From Kofleriaceae bacterium (GTDB taxonomy: Bacteria > Myxococcota_A > Polyangia > Haliangiales > Haliangiaceae), in contig JBKJLC010000197.1 in NCBI GenBank assembly GCA_046597055.1, positions 1 through 48,071 of the forward strand: a stretch of DNA of 48,071 nucleotides, given 5' to 3'. Shown here piece by piece: positions 26,150 to 35,778 of this stretch. Positions within the stretch are counted from its first letter, which is position 1; the number at the start of each line of letters is the position of its first letter. The notes below the pieces were generated by a model that was not told the DNA's origin, ran no database searches, and worked only from the letters and a program-made list of their open reading frames with translations. The position numbers and the translations under genes were made by a program.

Positions 26150-27337
26150 CTAAGCTCCGGACTCCCCGTCGTCGTCGGACTGGCGATAGGGGCCGTGGAC
26201 CGCGAGCTCCTCGATCTGACGCGCCACGGCAGGTGCCTCCCGGTGCAGGAAGCCGTCGATCGCCTCGCGCATGCCGGGATGGCGCATCCAGTGCGCCGAG
26301 TAGGTCGGCGATGGCTGGAAACCGCGCAGGAGCTTGTGCTCGCCCTGGGCGCCGGCCTCGAACAGCGGGGTGCCACGCATGCAACACCGCTCGATCGCAG
26401 CGTAATAGGCGGTCTCGAAGTGCAGGAGCTCGATCTCGCGGTCGGTGCCCCAGTAGCGTCCGTAGAGCCCGGCCGCGGTCTCGAAGAACAGCGCTCCCGC
26501 GATCGGCGCGCCGCCGGCCGAGACCTCGGCGACCAGCATCTCGTCGGGTAGCGTCTCGGCAACCCGGTGGAAGAAGCCGGGTTGCAGGTAGTCGTGGCCG
26601 CCGTGGTTGTCGGTGGTCGCGCGGTACCAGCGATCGAGGGCGTCGAGCTGGACCGTTGTCAGCTCCCGCCCCGGCACCCAGCGGACGCCGTCGATCGCGG
26701 CCTTGACCTTGGCGCGCTCCTTCCGGAGCTGCTTGCGCTTGCGCGACACCAGCGCGCCGAGGAAGCCGTCCCACGACGGCCAGCCGCGGTTCTGCCAGTG
26801 GAACTGGAAGCTCGCGCGCGGCGTGAAGCCCAGTCGGCCCAGCCGCTCCTGCTCGTCGGCGGTGCAGAACAACCAGTGGATCGACGAGCACCCGGCCTGA
26901 TCGGCGATCTGGCGAACCGCCGACGCCAGCGCCGCGGTGACCAGCTCGGCGTCGGCGCCGGGCGCGATCAGGATCCGGCGGCCGGTCGCCGGCGTGATCG
27001 GCGCCGCGATCACGAGCTTGGGGTAGTACTCCACCCCCGCGCGGGCGGCCGCGCTCGCCCACGACCAGTCGAAGATGTACTCGCCGTAGGAGTGCTCTTT
27101 GATGAAGGCGGCCACCGCCCCGACCAGGCGACCGCCTTCCTCGGCGAGGAGATAGACCGGGTGCCACCCGGTTTTCCCGCCGATCGAGCCCGAGTCCTCG
27201 AGCGCGGTGAGGAAGCCGTGGCGGAGAAACGGCGAGGGACCGTGGTCGAGCGCGTCCCACCCGGGCTTGTCGACTTCCCCGATCCGGGTGGAAGCACGAA
27301 TGACGAGGCCGGTGGTCGTGCTAGAAGGTCGACTCAT
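26150..27337 (-). CDS. GNAT/FemAB-like (DUF482) protein
   Basis: [33 protein letters not shown] and [15 protein letters not shown] motifs. Confidence 0.9.
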   Translation of the reverse strand: MSRPSSTTTGLVIRASTRIGEVDKPGWDALDHGPSPFLRHGFLTALEDSGSIGGKTGWHPVYLLAEEGGRLVGAVAAFIKEHSYGEYIFDWSWASAAARAGVEYYPKLVIAAPITPATGRRILIAPGADAELVTAALASAVRQIADQAGCSSIHWLFCTADEQERLGRLGFTPRASFQFHWQNRGWPSWDGFLGALVSRKRKQLRKERAKVKAAIDGVRWVPGRELTTVQLDALDRWYRATTDNHGGHDYLQPGFFHRVAETLPDEMLVAEVSAGGAPIAGALFFETAAGLYGRYWGTDREIELLHFETAYYAAIERCCMRGTPLFEAGAQGEHKLLRGFQPSPTYSAHWMRHPGMREAIDGFLHREAPAVARQIEELAVHGPYRQSDDDGESGA

Positions 27338-27388
27338 CGGTGGGACAACCGTCCCCGCCCCGCAGTCAATGTCCAGGGAGCTACGTCC

Positions 27389-28318
27389 ATGAGCCTCGAG
27401 CCCGAGCTTCGCCAGAAGATCGAGTCACTGATCAAGTCGGATCCTGTCGTCCTGTTCATGAAGGGGAACCGCAGCTTCCCGCAGTGCGGATTCTCGGCCG
27501 CGGTGGTGCAAATCCTCGACACCATGCTGCCCAACTACGCGACCGTCAACGTGCTGGCCGATGCGTCTGTCCGGGACGGCATCAAGGCGTACTCCGACTG
27601 GCCGACGATCCCGCAGCTGTACGTGAACGGCGAGTTCGTCGGAGGCTCCGACATCGTCCGTCAGATGCATTCGGCCGGCGAGCTGCAGAAGAAGCTGGGC
27701 CCCCTGGCGACCGCGCCGACCGCACCCATGGTCACGGTATCCCCGAAGGCGGCCGAGATCCTCAAGAGCGCGATGGCCGACGCCGGCGACGGCGACGTGG
27801 TCCACCTCTCGATCGACGCGCGCTTCGAGCACGGGCTCGATGTCGGGCCCCGTGAGGCGACCTCGCTGACGGTCGACACCAACGGCATCACCGTCCAGCT
27901 CGACGCGCAGAGCGCGCGCCGCGCCGAGGGCGTGGTCATCGACTACGTCGAGACCGCCGCGGGCGCCGGGTTCAAGATCGAGAACCCCAACCGTCCCGCC
28001 CAGGTCCGCGCGATCCCGCCGCGCGAGCTCAAGGCGCTGATGGATGCCGGCACCGTCACCAAGCTGTTCGACGTCCGCACCCCGGCCGAGCGCGATCAGG
28101 CGTCGATCGCCGGCTCGCAGCTGGTCGACGACGCGACCTTCGCGCACATCGAGGGTCTCGACAAGGCGACGCCGATCGCGTTCTTCTGCCATCACGGCGG
28201 TCGCAGCCAGACCGCGGCGGAGCACTTCCTGCAGAAGGGCTTCAAGAACGTCTACAACCTGGCCGGCGGCATCGACGCCTGGTCGGCCCAGATCGACCCC
28301 AAGGTCCCGCGCTACTGA
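27389..28318 (+). CDS. grxD: Grx4 monothiol glutaredoxin fused to an IscA/HesB-like domain and a rhodanese domain
   Basis: LFMKG..PQCGFS and [16 protein letters not shown]; middle domain ends [21 protein letters not shown] and [17 protein letters not shown]. Confidence 0.88.
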   Translation: MSLEPELRQKIESLIKSDPVVLFMKGNRSFPQCGFSAAVVQILDTMLPNYATVNVLADASVRDGIKAYSDWPTIPQLYVNGEFVGGSDIVRQMHSAGELQKKLGPLATAPTAPMVTVSPKAAEILKSAMADAGDGDVVHLSIDARFEHGLDVGPREATSLTVDTNGITVQLDAQSARRAEGVVIDYVETAAGAGFKIENPNRPAQVRAIPPRELKALMDAGTVTKLFDVRTPAERDQASIAGSQLVDDATFAHIEGLDKATPIAFFCHHGGRSQTAAEHFLQKGFKNVYNLAGGIDAWSAQIDPKVPRY

Positions 28319-28335
28319 GCGCGCGGGTCCGGATG

Positions 28336-29538
28336 ATGCGCCTCGCCCGGTCCGGCCTCGCCGTGACGATGACCCTGGCCGCCCCCGCGGTGGCCAGCCC
28401 AGGCGAGCCGCCGGTCGGAGCGGCGGCGACCGCGGCCGCTCCGGTCATCGGCGGTGCCGACGTCCCGCCCGGCAAGTGGCGCGACACCGTCGCGCTGCGG
28501 TTCCCCGATCAGGGCACCACGACGGTGGACTGCACCGGCGTGCTGATCGCGCCGACGGTCGTGCTCACCGCCGGGCACTGCATCTACGACCCGGGGTCTG
28601 GCTCGACCTTGCCGACCCGGGCCTGGGTCGGCACCAACAGCCTGGCGCATCCCGAGCGCGGGGAGGATCTGCCGGTGCTGGCGGCGAAGTATCACGCGGG
28701 CGCCTACGACCTCGCGGTCGTCTTGCTGGCCGAGCCGTCGACGATCGCGCCGCGCGCCCTGGCCACCGGCTGGGTGCAGGGCGACGTCGTCGAAGGGGCG
28801 CGGGTCGCGATCACGGGATTCGGCGCGATCGATCGCACCGGCGAGGCGTACGTGCCGGAGCTGCAGGAGGCCGCGACCGCGGTCGCCGATGTCGGCTGCA
28901 CGCGCAGCGTGGGCTGCGACGTCGCCGCGCAACCCGATGGCGAGCTCGGGGCCGGCGGCATGGGCATCGACAGCTGCCCGGGCGACTCGGGCGGGCCGCT
29001 GTACCTGCTGACGCCGTATGGCGAGTTCCTGGCCGGCATCACCTCGCGAGGCTACGCCGACAACCTGTTCCAGTGCTCGGAGGGCGGGATCTACACCCGG
29101 CCCGACAAGGACGAGCTGGTCGCCTGGATCGAGCAGCAGAGCGGCGTGGTGCTGCCGGTCGGTCGCGGGCCGCGCGCCGAGCCGCTCACGGTCGCGGCCG
29201 GCGAGACCGCCCGGGTGACGATCGACGCCGACGATCCGCGCCCGACCGCGCGCCACGCGTGGGAGATCCTGGGGACACCCGCCCACGGCACCGCCTCGAT
29301 CGACGCGGCCGGGGTCCTGACCTACACCGCGGCCGACGACGCGCTCGGGCCCGACGTGGTGCGGGTGCGGGCCACTGACCCGGACGACCCGGCGCGCTCG
29401 GCGCGCGGACGGGTTGCGATCGAGGTCGTGAACGAAGGTGGCTGCTGCCAGGCCAGCGGCGGCAATGGCCGGATCTGGCCCGGGCTGGTGGTCCTGGCCG
29501 CACTCCTCGGCCGGCGCCGGCGTAGACTCGCACCATGA
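28336..29538 (+). CDS. secreted trypsin-like serine protease with an Ig-like domain and a MYXO-CTERM-like tail
   Basis: Mature start VIGG; TAGHC / YDLAV / GDSGGP triad; GGCCQA then a TM helix then RRRRR. Confidence 0.9.
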   Translation: MRLARSGLAVTMTLAAPAVASPGEPPVGAAATAAAPVIGGADVPPGKWRDTVALRFPDQGTTTVDCTGVLIAPTVVLTAGHCIYDPGSGSTLPTRAWVGTNSLAHPERGEDLPVLAAKYHAGAYDLAVVLLAEPSTIAPRALATGWVQGDVVEGARVAITGFGAIDRTGEAYVPELQEAATAVADVGCTRSVGCDVAAQPDGELGAGGMGIDSCPGDSGGPLYLLTPYGEFLAGITSRGYADNLFQCSEGGIYTRPDKDELVAWIEQQSGVVLPVGRGPRAEPLTVAAGETARVTIDADDPRPTARHAWEILGTPAHGTASIDAAGVLTYTAADDALGPDVVRVRATDPDDPARSARGRVAIEVVNEGGCCQASGGNGRIWPGLVVLAALLGRRRRRLAP

Positions 29539-30137
29539 GCTGGCTGCGCTGCAGCGCCTGCAAGCGAGACATCGGGTTCGGCGCACTGCACTGGGTGTGC
29601 AGCGTGTCGACCTGCAACCGATCCAACACCAACTACAAGTTCTGCAGCGTCGCCTGCTGGGACAGCCACGTCTCGACGCTGCGGCACCGAGATGCCGGCG
29701 CGATCGAGGCGCGCGCGCCCTCGGCCGACGCCTGGGCCCGCGAGCAGGCGGGCACGCCGGCGCCGACGGCACCACCGCCGGTGACCCGCCAGGCGACCGC
29801 GGGCATGCCGTCGGTGCGGCCGGGGACGGTCCCCGGGATCGGTGCGCCCGCGCCGACGATCAGTGACGGTGCCCGCCGCGTGGTCGCGACGCCGTCGGCC
29901 GCGCCGACGCCGCCGGGCGCGCAGCTCACGCTCACCGAAGCCGAGCGCGACATCCTCATCGTCGTCTCCAAGTTGAAGAAGTACATCCGCGATCGCTCGG
30001 GGATGAACACCGCCGACGCGGTGGTCGACGTGATCTCCGACCACGTCCGCGCGCTCTGCGACGAGGCGATCCGCACCGCGGCGACCGACGGCCGCAAGAC
30101 CGTGCTCGATCGCGACGTGCCCCGCGTCCGTCGCTGA
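29535..30137 (+). CDS. bacterial histone-fold protein with an N-terminal ZZ-like zinc finger
   Basis: Residues ~137-200 ILIVVSKLKKYIRDRSGMNTADAVVDVISDHVRALCDEAIRTAATDGRKTVLDRDV match the Bd0055-type histone pattern, including RxTxxxxD; ligands C6,C9,C22,C27,C37,C41,H45,H51. Confidence 0.88.
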   Translation: MSWLRCSACKRDIGFGALHWVCSVSTCNRSNTNYKFCSVACWDSHVSTLRHRDAGAIEARAPSADAWAREQAGTPAPTAPPPVTRQATAGMPSVRPGTVPGIGAPAPTISDGARRVVATPSAAPTPPGAQLTLTEAERDILIVVSKLKKYIRDRSGMNTADAVVDVISDHVRALCDEAIRTAATDGRKTVLDRDVPRVRR

Positions 30138-30158
30138 CGGCGTGCTAGCGTCCGGCCC

Positions 30159-31091
30159 ATGCGCCGTCGCTCGACCGTCCTGATCGCCGCGATCCTGCTC
30201 GCGGGCTGCGCCTCCCGCGGGCGGGTCCACTCGCTCGAGGTCCGGCTCGCCCGGAGCGAGCAGCAAGCGGCCGCACGCGAGCTCGAGCTGCGCGCCGCGC
30301 TCCTGCGGGTCGAGGCCCAGCTCACGGCGCTCGGGCTGGCGTCGATCGGCGGGGGCGCCGACGAGGCGCTCGCGACCCGCCTCGAGGCGCTCGAGCGGCG
30401 GCTCGACCAGGTGGCGGCCGCGCGACCGCCGGTCCGGCCGTCGCGGTCGCAGGCCGATCCGACCAAGACCTACGCGGTGCCGGTCGCCGGCGACCCGTTC
30501 CGGGGCAAGGCCGATGCGCTGGTGACGATCGTGCGGGCCGGCGAGTACGCCTGCCCGTACTGCGAGAAGGTCCGGCCGACCCTCGACCAGCTGGTCGCCG
30601 ACTATCCGCGCGAGGTCCGCATCGTCCACAAGGACTTCATCGTCCACCCGCAGACGGCCACCGACGCGGCCCACGCCGCGTGCGCCGCCCACAAGCAGGG
30701 CAAGTTCCTCGCGATGGACGCGCTGCTGTGGGATCGCGCCTTCAAGGGCCGGCGCTTCGAGCGCGCGTTCATCGAGACCCTGGCCGGCGAGCTCGGGCTC
30801 GATCTCGACCAGTACCGCGCCGACCTGACCGGGCCCTGCCCTGGCGAGGTCCAGGCCGACCAGGCCCAGCTCGCGCAGGTCGGCGTCAGCGCGACGCCCG
30901 CGTTCTTCATCAATGGCCGCTTCCTGTCGGGGGCGCAGCCGTACGCAGCCTTCAAGGCGCTGGTCGACGAGGAGCTCGCGCTGGCCCAGGGCCGGGTCAA
31001 GCAGGGCACCAAGCGCAAGCACTACTACGACACCTGGGTCGTCGCGGCCGGGCTGCCGCGGCTGGCACCGGTGCCCCAGGCCGGCCCTTAG
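30159..31091 (+). CDS. DsbA-like thioredoxin-fold lipoprotein with a coiled coil
   Basis: LLAGC lipobox; EYACPYC; GVSATPAFFING cis-Pro loop. Confidence 0.88.
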   Translation: MRRRSTVLIAAILLAGCASRGRVHSLEVRLARSEQQAAARELELRAALLRVEAQLTALGLASIGGGADEALATRLEALERRLDQVAAARPPVRPSRSQADPTKTYAVPVAGDPFRGKADALVTIVRAGEYACPYCEKVRPTLDQLVADYPREVRIVHKDFIVHPQTATDAAHAACAAHKQGKFLAMDALLWDRAFKGRRFERAFIETLAGELGLDLDQYRADLTGPCPGEVQADQAQLAQVGVSATPAFFINGRFLSGAQPYAAFKALVDEELALAQGRVKQGTKRKHYYDTWVVAAGLPRLAPVPQAGP

Positions 31092-31116
31092 GGCCCGCGC
31101 TGCCAGCCGCGCGTGA

Positions 31117-31776
31117 TCAGTGCCGGCTGCTGCTGACCACGCGCGACGGACGGTGATCGTCGACCCAGCCACCGGCGACGCGGACCAGCTGCGGGTCATC
31201 GCGGCGACCGCTGAAGTAGACGACCTCGCCGAACTCGAGCATCTCGTTGGGCACGATGATCGTCTGGCCATCCGGGTCGCGCGCGCCGACGCCGTACGCC
31301 CAGTACACCAGCTCGGAGCAGTAGAAGTTGCTGGGCCGATCGACGCCGAGCATGCCGCGGAGATCGAACGCGGTGCCGATCTTGGTGCGGGCGCGGGCCA
31401 GCGCGGCCGAGCGGTCGGCGTCGGTGCCGGGCGGGCGCACGACGATGAGGTAGTGATTGCGGCCGACGAAGCGGGTGAGCGGGATCTCCTGCACCGCCGG
31501 CATCAGCGCCTCGACCACGGTCTTGCGCTTGGCGTCGTAGATCGCGGCGTGGCTGATCTCCTCGCCGCTGGTGAACGTCACGATCCAGTCGGCGGGCGCC
31601 GAGTAGCTGCGGACCAGCAGCCAGTCGCCGTCGCGCGCGACGCGCTCGATCTCGGCCGTCCACATCTCGGTCAGCGCCTGGTCGGCGACCGGGTCCTTGG
31701 GACGCTGCACCAGCACCGAGCGCGAGCAGGCGGGAAGGGCCAGGAACGTGGCAACGAGGAGGGCAACGGCACGCAT
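31117..31776 (-). CDS. YiiX/YebB-like permuted papain-like (NlpC/P60) lipoprotein
   Basis: LPAC lipobox; GDWLL, SHAAIY and FYCSELV (His precedes Cys, the permuted order). Confidence 0.85.
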   Translation of the reverse strand: MRAVALLVATFLALPACSRSVLVQRPKDPVADQALTEMWTAEIERVARDGDWLLVRSYSAPADWIVTFTSGEEISHAAIYDAKRKTVVEALMPAVQEIPLTRFVGRNHYLIVVRPPGTDADRSAALARARTKIGTAFDLRGMLGVDRPSNFYCSELVYWAYGVGARDPDGQTIIVPNEMLEFGEVVYFSGRRDDPQLVRVAGGWVDDHRPSRVVSSSRH

Positions 31777-31924
31777 GCCTCTGCGTTATTCCAGTCTCGT
31801 GCCAGCCCCAACTAACCGAACTTACGAGGCAACCTGACGGGTATCGTCAGAGGTTCGACAAGTGAACCAACAGGTCACCGCAACATCCCGTAGGTGCACG
31901 GGTTCGCTGGTAGTGTCCCGCGCC

Positions 31925-33298
31925 GTGTCTCGCTGCGCCCTGTTCCTTTTCACCGCCATCGCTGCCTGTTCCAGCCAGCCGTCCGCCACTCCTGCCCGCG
32001 GTTCCGGGACCCGCCCGATCGCCGCGCCCGCGCCTGCGATCGGTGAGGACGCGGGCGAACGGGGTGCGCCGGCGCCCGCTGAGCGGCGGGAGCGCGGCGG
32101 CGCCACCGCGACCCAGGCACCGGCCGGCACCCCGCCGGTGCCGCCGGCCGAGGCCGGCGACGACTTCGCGGCCCAGGTGACGGCGCTCTACCGGGTCGGT
32201 GCCTGCGGCAACGACGCGGCGATCCCCGCGCAGCTTCCCAAGAAGACCGTCGATCGCCACTGTGCGGGCATGCGGCGCCGCTACGCCAGCTACCGGCGCG
32301 CCTGGGCCGACCAGGCTGGCGCGTTCATGGCCGCGCTGCGGCCGGCCGGGCTCCCCACCACGGTCGTCTATCCGTTCGGCGGCGGCGATCTGGTCAGCGC
32401 GCTGGTCGTGTTCCCCACCGCGACCGAGATCACGACGATCTCGCTCGAGGCCGCCGGTGACGTCCGCACGATCGACGGCATCGACCGCCGACAGCTGGCC
32501 CACGACCTCGACGTGATCGGCCACGACATCGGCCGCCTGCATCACGCGGCGCACTCGACCACCGAGTCGCTGCAGACCGCGTCGCACTCGCGGCTGCCCG
32601 GCACGATCCTGTTTGCGCTGGCCGCGCTCGCGGTCCACGGCCAGGAGCCGCTGTCGCTGCGCTACTTCGACCTCGAGGCCGATGGCCGGCCGCGCTACCT
32701 GTCCGGCGCCGAGCTCGACGACCGGGTCCGAGCCGTGGTGGCGGCGGTCGATGCCAAGGATCCCCGCCCGAAGCGCCGCAAGAAGCTCGGCAAGGGTCAG
32801 GTCCACCACGCGTGGCGCGAGCAGGAGTCGGTGTTCGCCAACATCGAGATCAGGTTCCGGCCCCAGGCCGATCCGGCGGCGCCGGTGCGGATCTATCGCC
32901 ACATCGTCGCCAACCTCGACGACGAGCACGTCGGCGCCGACCGCCGCGTCGTCGCCCACCTCGAGGCCAAGGGCAAGGTCTCGGTCATCACCAAGGCCGC
33001 CAGCTTCCTGCTCTGGTACGACGACTTCAGCCACATCCGGACCTACCTGATGTCCAACCTGGCCTGGATGGTCTCGGACGCCTCCGGCATCCCGCCCAGC
33101 TACGCCGCCAAGGCCGGGCTCGAGCAGGTGACGTACGGGGCGTTCGTGGGCCCGTACTTCATCAAGGACCCGAACAACGTGCGGCGCGAGATGATCAAGC
33201 TGTGGCGCACCAACCCCCAGCGGGACCTGCCGTTCCGGTTCGGGTACCCGGACGCCGAGAAGAACCATCATCTGATGGTGACCCGGCCCCGCACATAG
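31925..33298 (+). CDS. hypothetical lipoprotein
   Basis: IAAC lipobox after GTG 31925; conserved-looking blocks YPFGGGD, TKAASFLL and SDASGIPP. Confidence 0.7.
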   Translation: MSRCALFLFTAIAACSSQPSATPARGSGTRPIAAPAPAIGEDAGERGAPAPAERRERGGATATQAPAGTPPVPPAEAGDDFAAQVTALYRVGACGNDAAIPAQLPKKTVDRHCAGMRRRYASYRRAWADQAGAFMAALRPAGLPTTVVYPFGGGDLVSALVVFPTATEITTISLEAAGDVRTIDGIDRRQLAHDLDVIGHDIGRLHHAAHSTTESLQTASHSRLPGTILFALAALAVHGQEPLSLRYFDLEADGRPRYLSGAELDDRVRAVVAAVDAKDPRPKRRKKLGKGQVHHAWREQESVFANIEIRFRPQADPAAPVRIYRHIVANLDDEHVGADRRVVAHLEAKGKVSVITKAASFLLWYDDFSHIRTYLMSNLAWMVSDASGIPPSYAAKAGLEQVTYGAFVGPYFIKDPNNVRREMIKLWRTNPQRDLPFRFGYPDAEKNHHLMVTRPRT

Positions 33299-33358
33299 CG
33301 ACCCACGCGCTCGGTCGCGGCGTTTGCGCGGCGCGCAGCACACGGGCAGAGTGAAGGC

Positions 33359-34267
33359 GTGAAGGCCCGCCGCGTCCTGCTCGTCTCCGGCGCTTGCGCC
33401 GTGGTCGCGGCCGGGGCGCTCGCGGTCATGGCCGACGACGGCGGGCTCGGCCGCGATCGGCCGGTGCCGACCCTCACGCGCGAGCCGCTGGCGACCACGG
33501 TCGCGGCCGGCCGCAGCTGGCGGCTCGAGCTCGGCGGCGGACCGGTCCACGTCTGGGTCCCGCCCGACTACCACCCGGACGGCGCGGCCACGATCCTCTA
33601 CGTCCACGGCTATTACACCGACCTCGACCAGGCATGGACCAGCCACCGGCTGGCCGAGCAGTTCGCGCTGTCGGCGATCAACGCGGTGTTCATCGCGCCC
33701 GAGGCCCCGTCGGGCTCGCGCCAGAAGATCCACTGGCCGTCGCTGGCCGACCTGCTGGTCGACACGTTCGGCGCGACCGGGCTGCCGCGACCGATGGGCC
33801 CGGTGATCGCGATCGGGCACAGCGGCGCGTATCGCACGCTGTTCGCGTGGATGGACTTCCCCGGGCTCGACCTGCTGGTCGCGATGGATGCGATGTACGG
33901 CGAGGTCGAGACCTGGCGCGCCTGGCTCGATGGCTCCGAGCAGCGCCGGCTGATCATGGTCGGCGACGACACCACCCGCTGGACCGAGGAGCTCGCGCGC
34001 GACCTGCGCGAGCCGCTCGGCGACCGGCTGGTGACGATCGATCGCTTCACCGAGCTCGACCGCGACCTGCCGCCCGGCCTCGACGACGCACGCTTGATCT
34101 ACCTGCGATCGCAGTTCGGCCACATGCCGCTGGTGACCGAGGGCGTGGCGCTGCCGCAGGTGCTGCGGTTGCTGCCGGTGCCGCTGCTGGCAGACGGGCC
34201 GTGGCATCAGCCACCCGGCCTGCCGCCCCGGGGCGCCGGCGGCACTGGTAGGGTGCGCCCACGATGA
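33359..34267 (+). CDS. exported alpha/beta-hydrolase-like protein
   Basis: LYVHG, GHSGA nucleophile elbow, MDAMYG and a late His. Confidence 0.7.
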   Translation: MKARRVLLVSGACAVVAAGALAVMADDGGLGRDRPVPTLTREPLATTVAAGRSWRLELGGGPVHVWVPPDYHPDGAATILYVHGYYTDLDQAWTSHRLAEQFALSAINAVFIAPEAPSGSRQKIHWPSLADLLVDTFGATGLPRPMGPVIAIGHSGAYRTLFAWMDFPGLDLLVAMDAMYGEVETWRAWLDGSEQRRLIMVGDDTTRWTEELARDLREPLGDRLVTIDRFTELDRDLPPGLDDARLIYLRSQFGHMPLVTEGVALPQVLRLLPVPLLADGPWHQPPGLPPRGAGGTGRVRPR

Positions 34268-35778
34268 CCCGCTCGCGGATCGCGTGCCTCGCCGTCGCGC
34301 TGGCGCTCGGCGCGGCCTTCTTCTCCGTGGCCGGGTTTCGCCGCGACACGCTGATCCCGGCGGTGATCGGCAACGACGCCGGTCCTGGCCCCGCGCCCCG
34401 GCTGCCGGCCGCTGAAGGCGCCGGGCTGAGCCCGAGCCCGCGGGTCCGGGTCGTGCTGATCGACGGCGCCGGCGCGGCCACCGCCGGTCGGATGCCGACG
34501 TGGAACGCGCTGTGCGCGCGCGGCCTCGACCTGACGCTCGACGTCGGCTTCCCGACCGTGTCCCTGCCGGTCCAGGTCGCGCTGTGGACCGGGCGCAGCC
34601 AGCAGCAGACCGGCATCCTCTACCACTCGGGCAAGCCGCTGGTCCCGCCGCTGGCGGCGCCCGCGATCCCGCCCCAGGTGTCGGACGCGATCGCGATCGC
34701 CGAGAGCCACGCCTACATCATCCAGTCGCTCGGGTTCGCCGACGCCCGGCCGCCGCTCGGCAAGCTGCTGCCCGACGGCTGGGCCGAGCAGTGGGTGCCC
34801 GCCGCGATCGCGGCGGTCGCGGGGCCGGCCCGGCTCACCTTCGTCCACATCCTGCGGGTCGACACCGCCGGCCATCGCCACGGCCGGCAGTCGGCGGCGT
34901 GGATGGTCGCCGCCGCCGGCGCCGACGCGATCCTGGCCCAGCTGCTGGCCGCGGCGCCCGACGCCCGCTGGCTGGTGCTCGCCGATCACGATCACCTCCC
35001 GACCGGGGGCCACGCCTCGGAGGAACCCGCGATCCGGGTGGTCCGCGCCTGCCTGGCCGGGCCCGAGATCGCGGTCGGGCGTGGTGGCCCGGTCAGCGTC
35101 CTCGACCTGTCGCGGGCGCTGGCCGACTCGCTGGGTGTCCGGCTCGCGGACGATGCGCAGGGCCGGCCGCTCTGGGCCGCGCTGGCGGCGCCGGTCGGCG
35201 CCGACGACGTGCTGCCGTCGTTGCCGGCCGGGCGAGTCGCGCTCGCGCTGCTCGTGGTCGGGCTCGGGCTGGTGGCGAGCGGCTGGGGCGTGGCCGGGCG
35301 GTGGCAGGATCCGCCGCGCCTCGGTCGCTGGCGCCTCCTCGCGGTGCCGTGGTGGTGGCCGGTCGCCCTGCTGTCGCTGGTGATCTTCGAGACCGCGCCG
35401 ACCCTGTCGACCCCGTTCATCTACAAGCCCAAGGGCCTCGATCTCGCGCAGGCGATGGCGCCCGGGCTCGGCGTGCTCGGGGCCAGCCTGGCCGCGCTGG
35501 CCCGCCGGGGTTGGGGCCGCGCGGTGGTGGCCCAGCTCGGGCTCCCGCTCGGCGCCACGGTCGCGGTCGTGATCGTCACCGGCGCCGCGCCGCTCGTGTG
35601 GGGCGCCGCGGTGTGTCCGGTGGTGCCGCGGTGGACCGGCTGGCTGTCGCCGCTCTTGCTCAACGCGGCGATGGCGGCCGCGGTCGGGTCGCTTGGGCTT
35701 CTCGCCAGCGCCGTCCTGCCTGGGTCCGGTCCATCGGCACCGCCGGGAACTCGCCGTAGCGGGCCCGCAGCGCGCTGA
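34264..35778 (+). CDS. membrane-bound alkaline-phosphatase-superfamily protein (phosphotransferase-like)
   Basis: VLIDG, FPTVSLP, VDTAGHRHG and LADHDH motifs; multiple C-terminal TM helices; ATGA overlap. Confidence 0.7.
   Translation: MTRSRIACLAVALALGAAFFSVAGFRRDTLIPAVIGNDAGPGPAPRLPAAEGAGLSPSPRVRVVLIDGAGAATAGRMPTWNALCARGLDLTLDVGFPTVSLPVQVALWTGRSQQQTGILYHSGKPLVPPLAAPAIPPQVSDAIAIAESHAYIIQSLGFADARPPLGKLLPDGWAEQWVPAAIAAVAGPARLTFVHILRVDTAGHRHGRQSAAWMVAAAGADAILAQLLAAAPDARWLVLADHDHLPTGGHASEEPAIRVVRACLAGPEIAVGRGGPVSVLDLSRALADSLGVRLADDAQGRPLWAALAAPVGADDVLPSLPAGRVALALLVVGLGLVASGWGVAGRWQDPPRLGRWRLLAVPWWWPVALLSLVIFETAPTLSTPFIYKPKGLDLAQAMAPGLGVLGASLAALARRGWGRAVVAQLGLPLGATVAVVIVTGAAPLVWGAAVCPVVPRWTGWLSPLLLNAAMAAAVGSLGLLASAVLPGSGPSAPPGTRRSGPAAR

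Noticed and set aside
26567..27388. N-terminal extension of the glutaredoxin ORF
   Set aside because: Antisense to the GNAT gene; the RBS and Grx domain start at 27389
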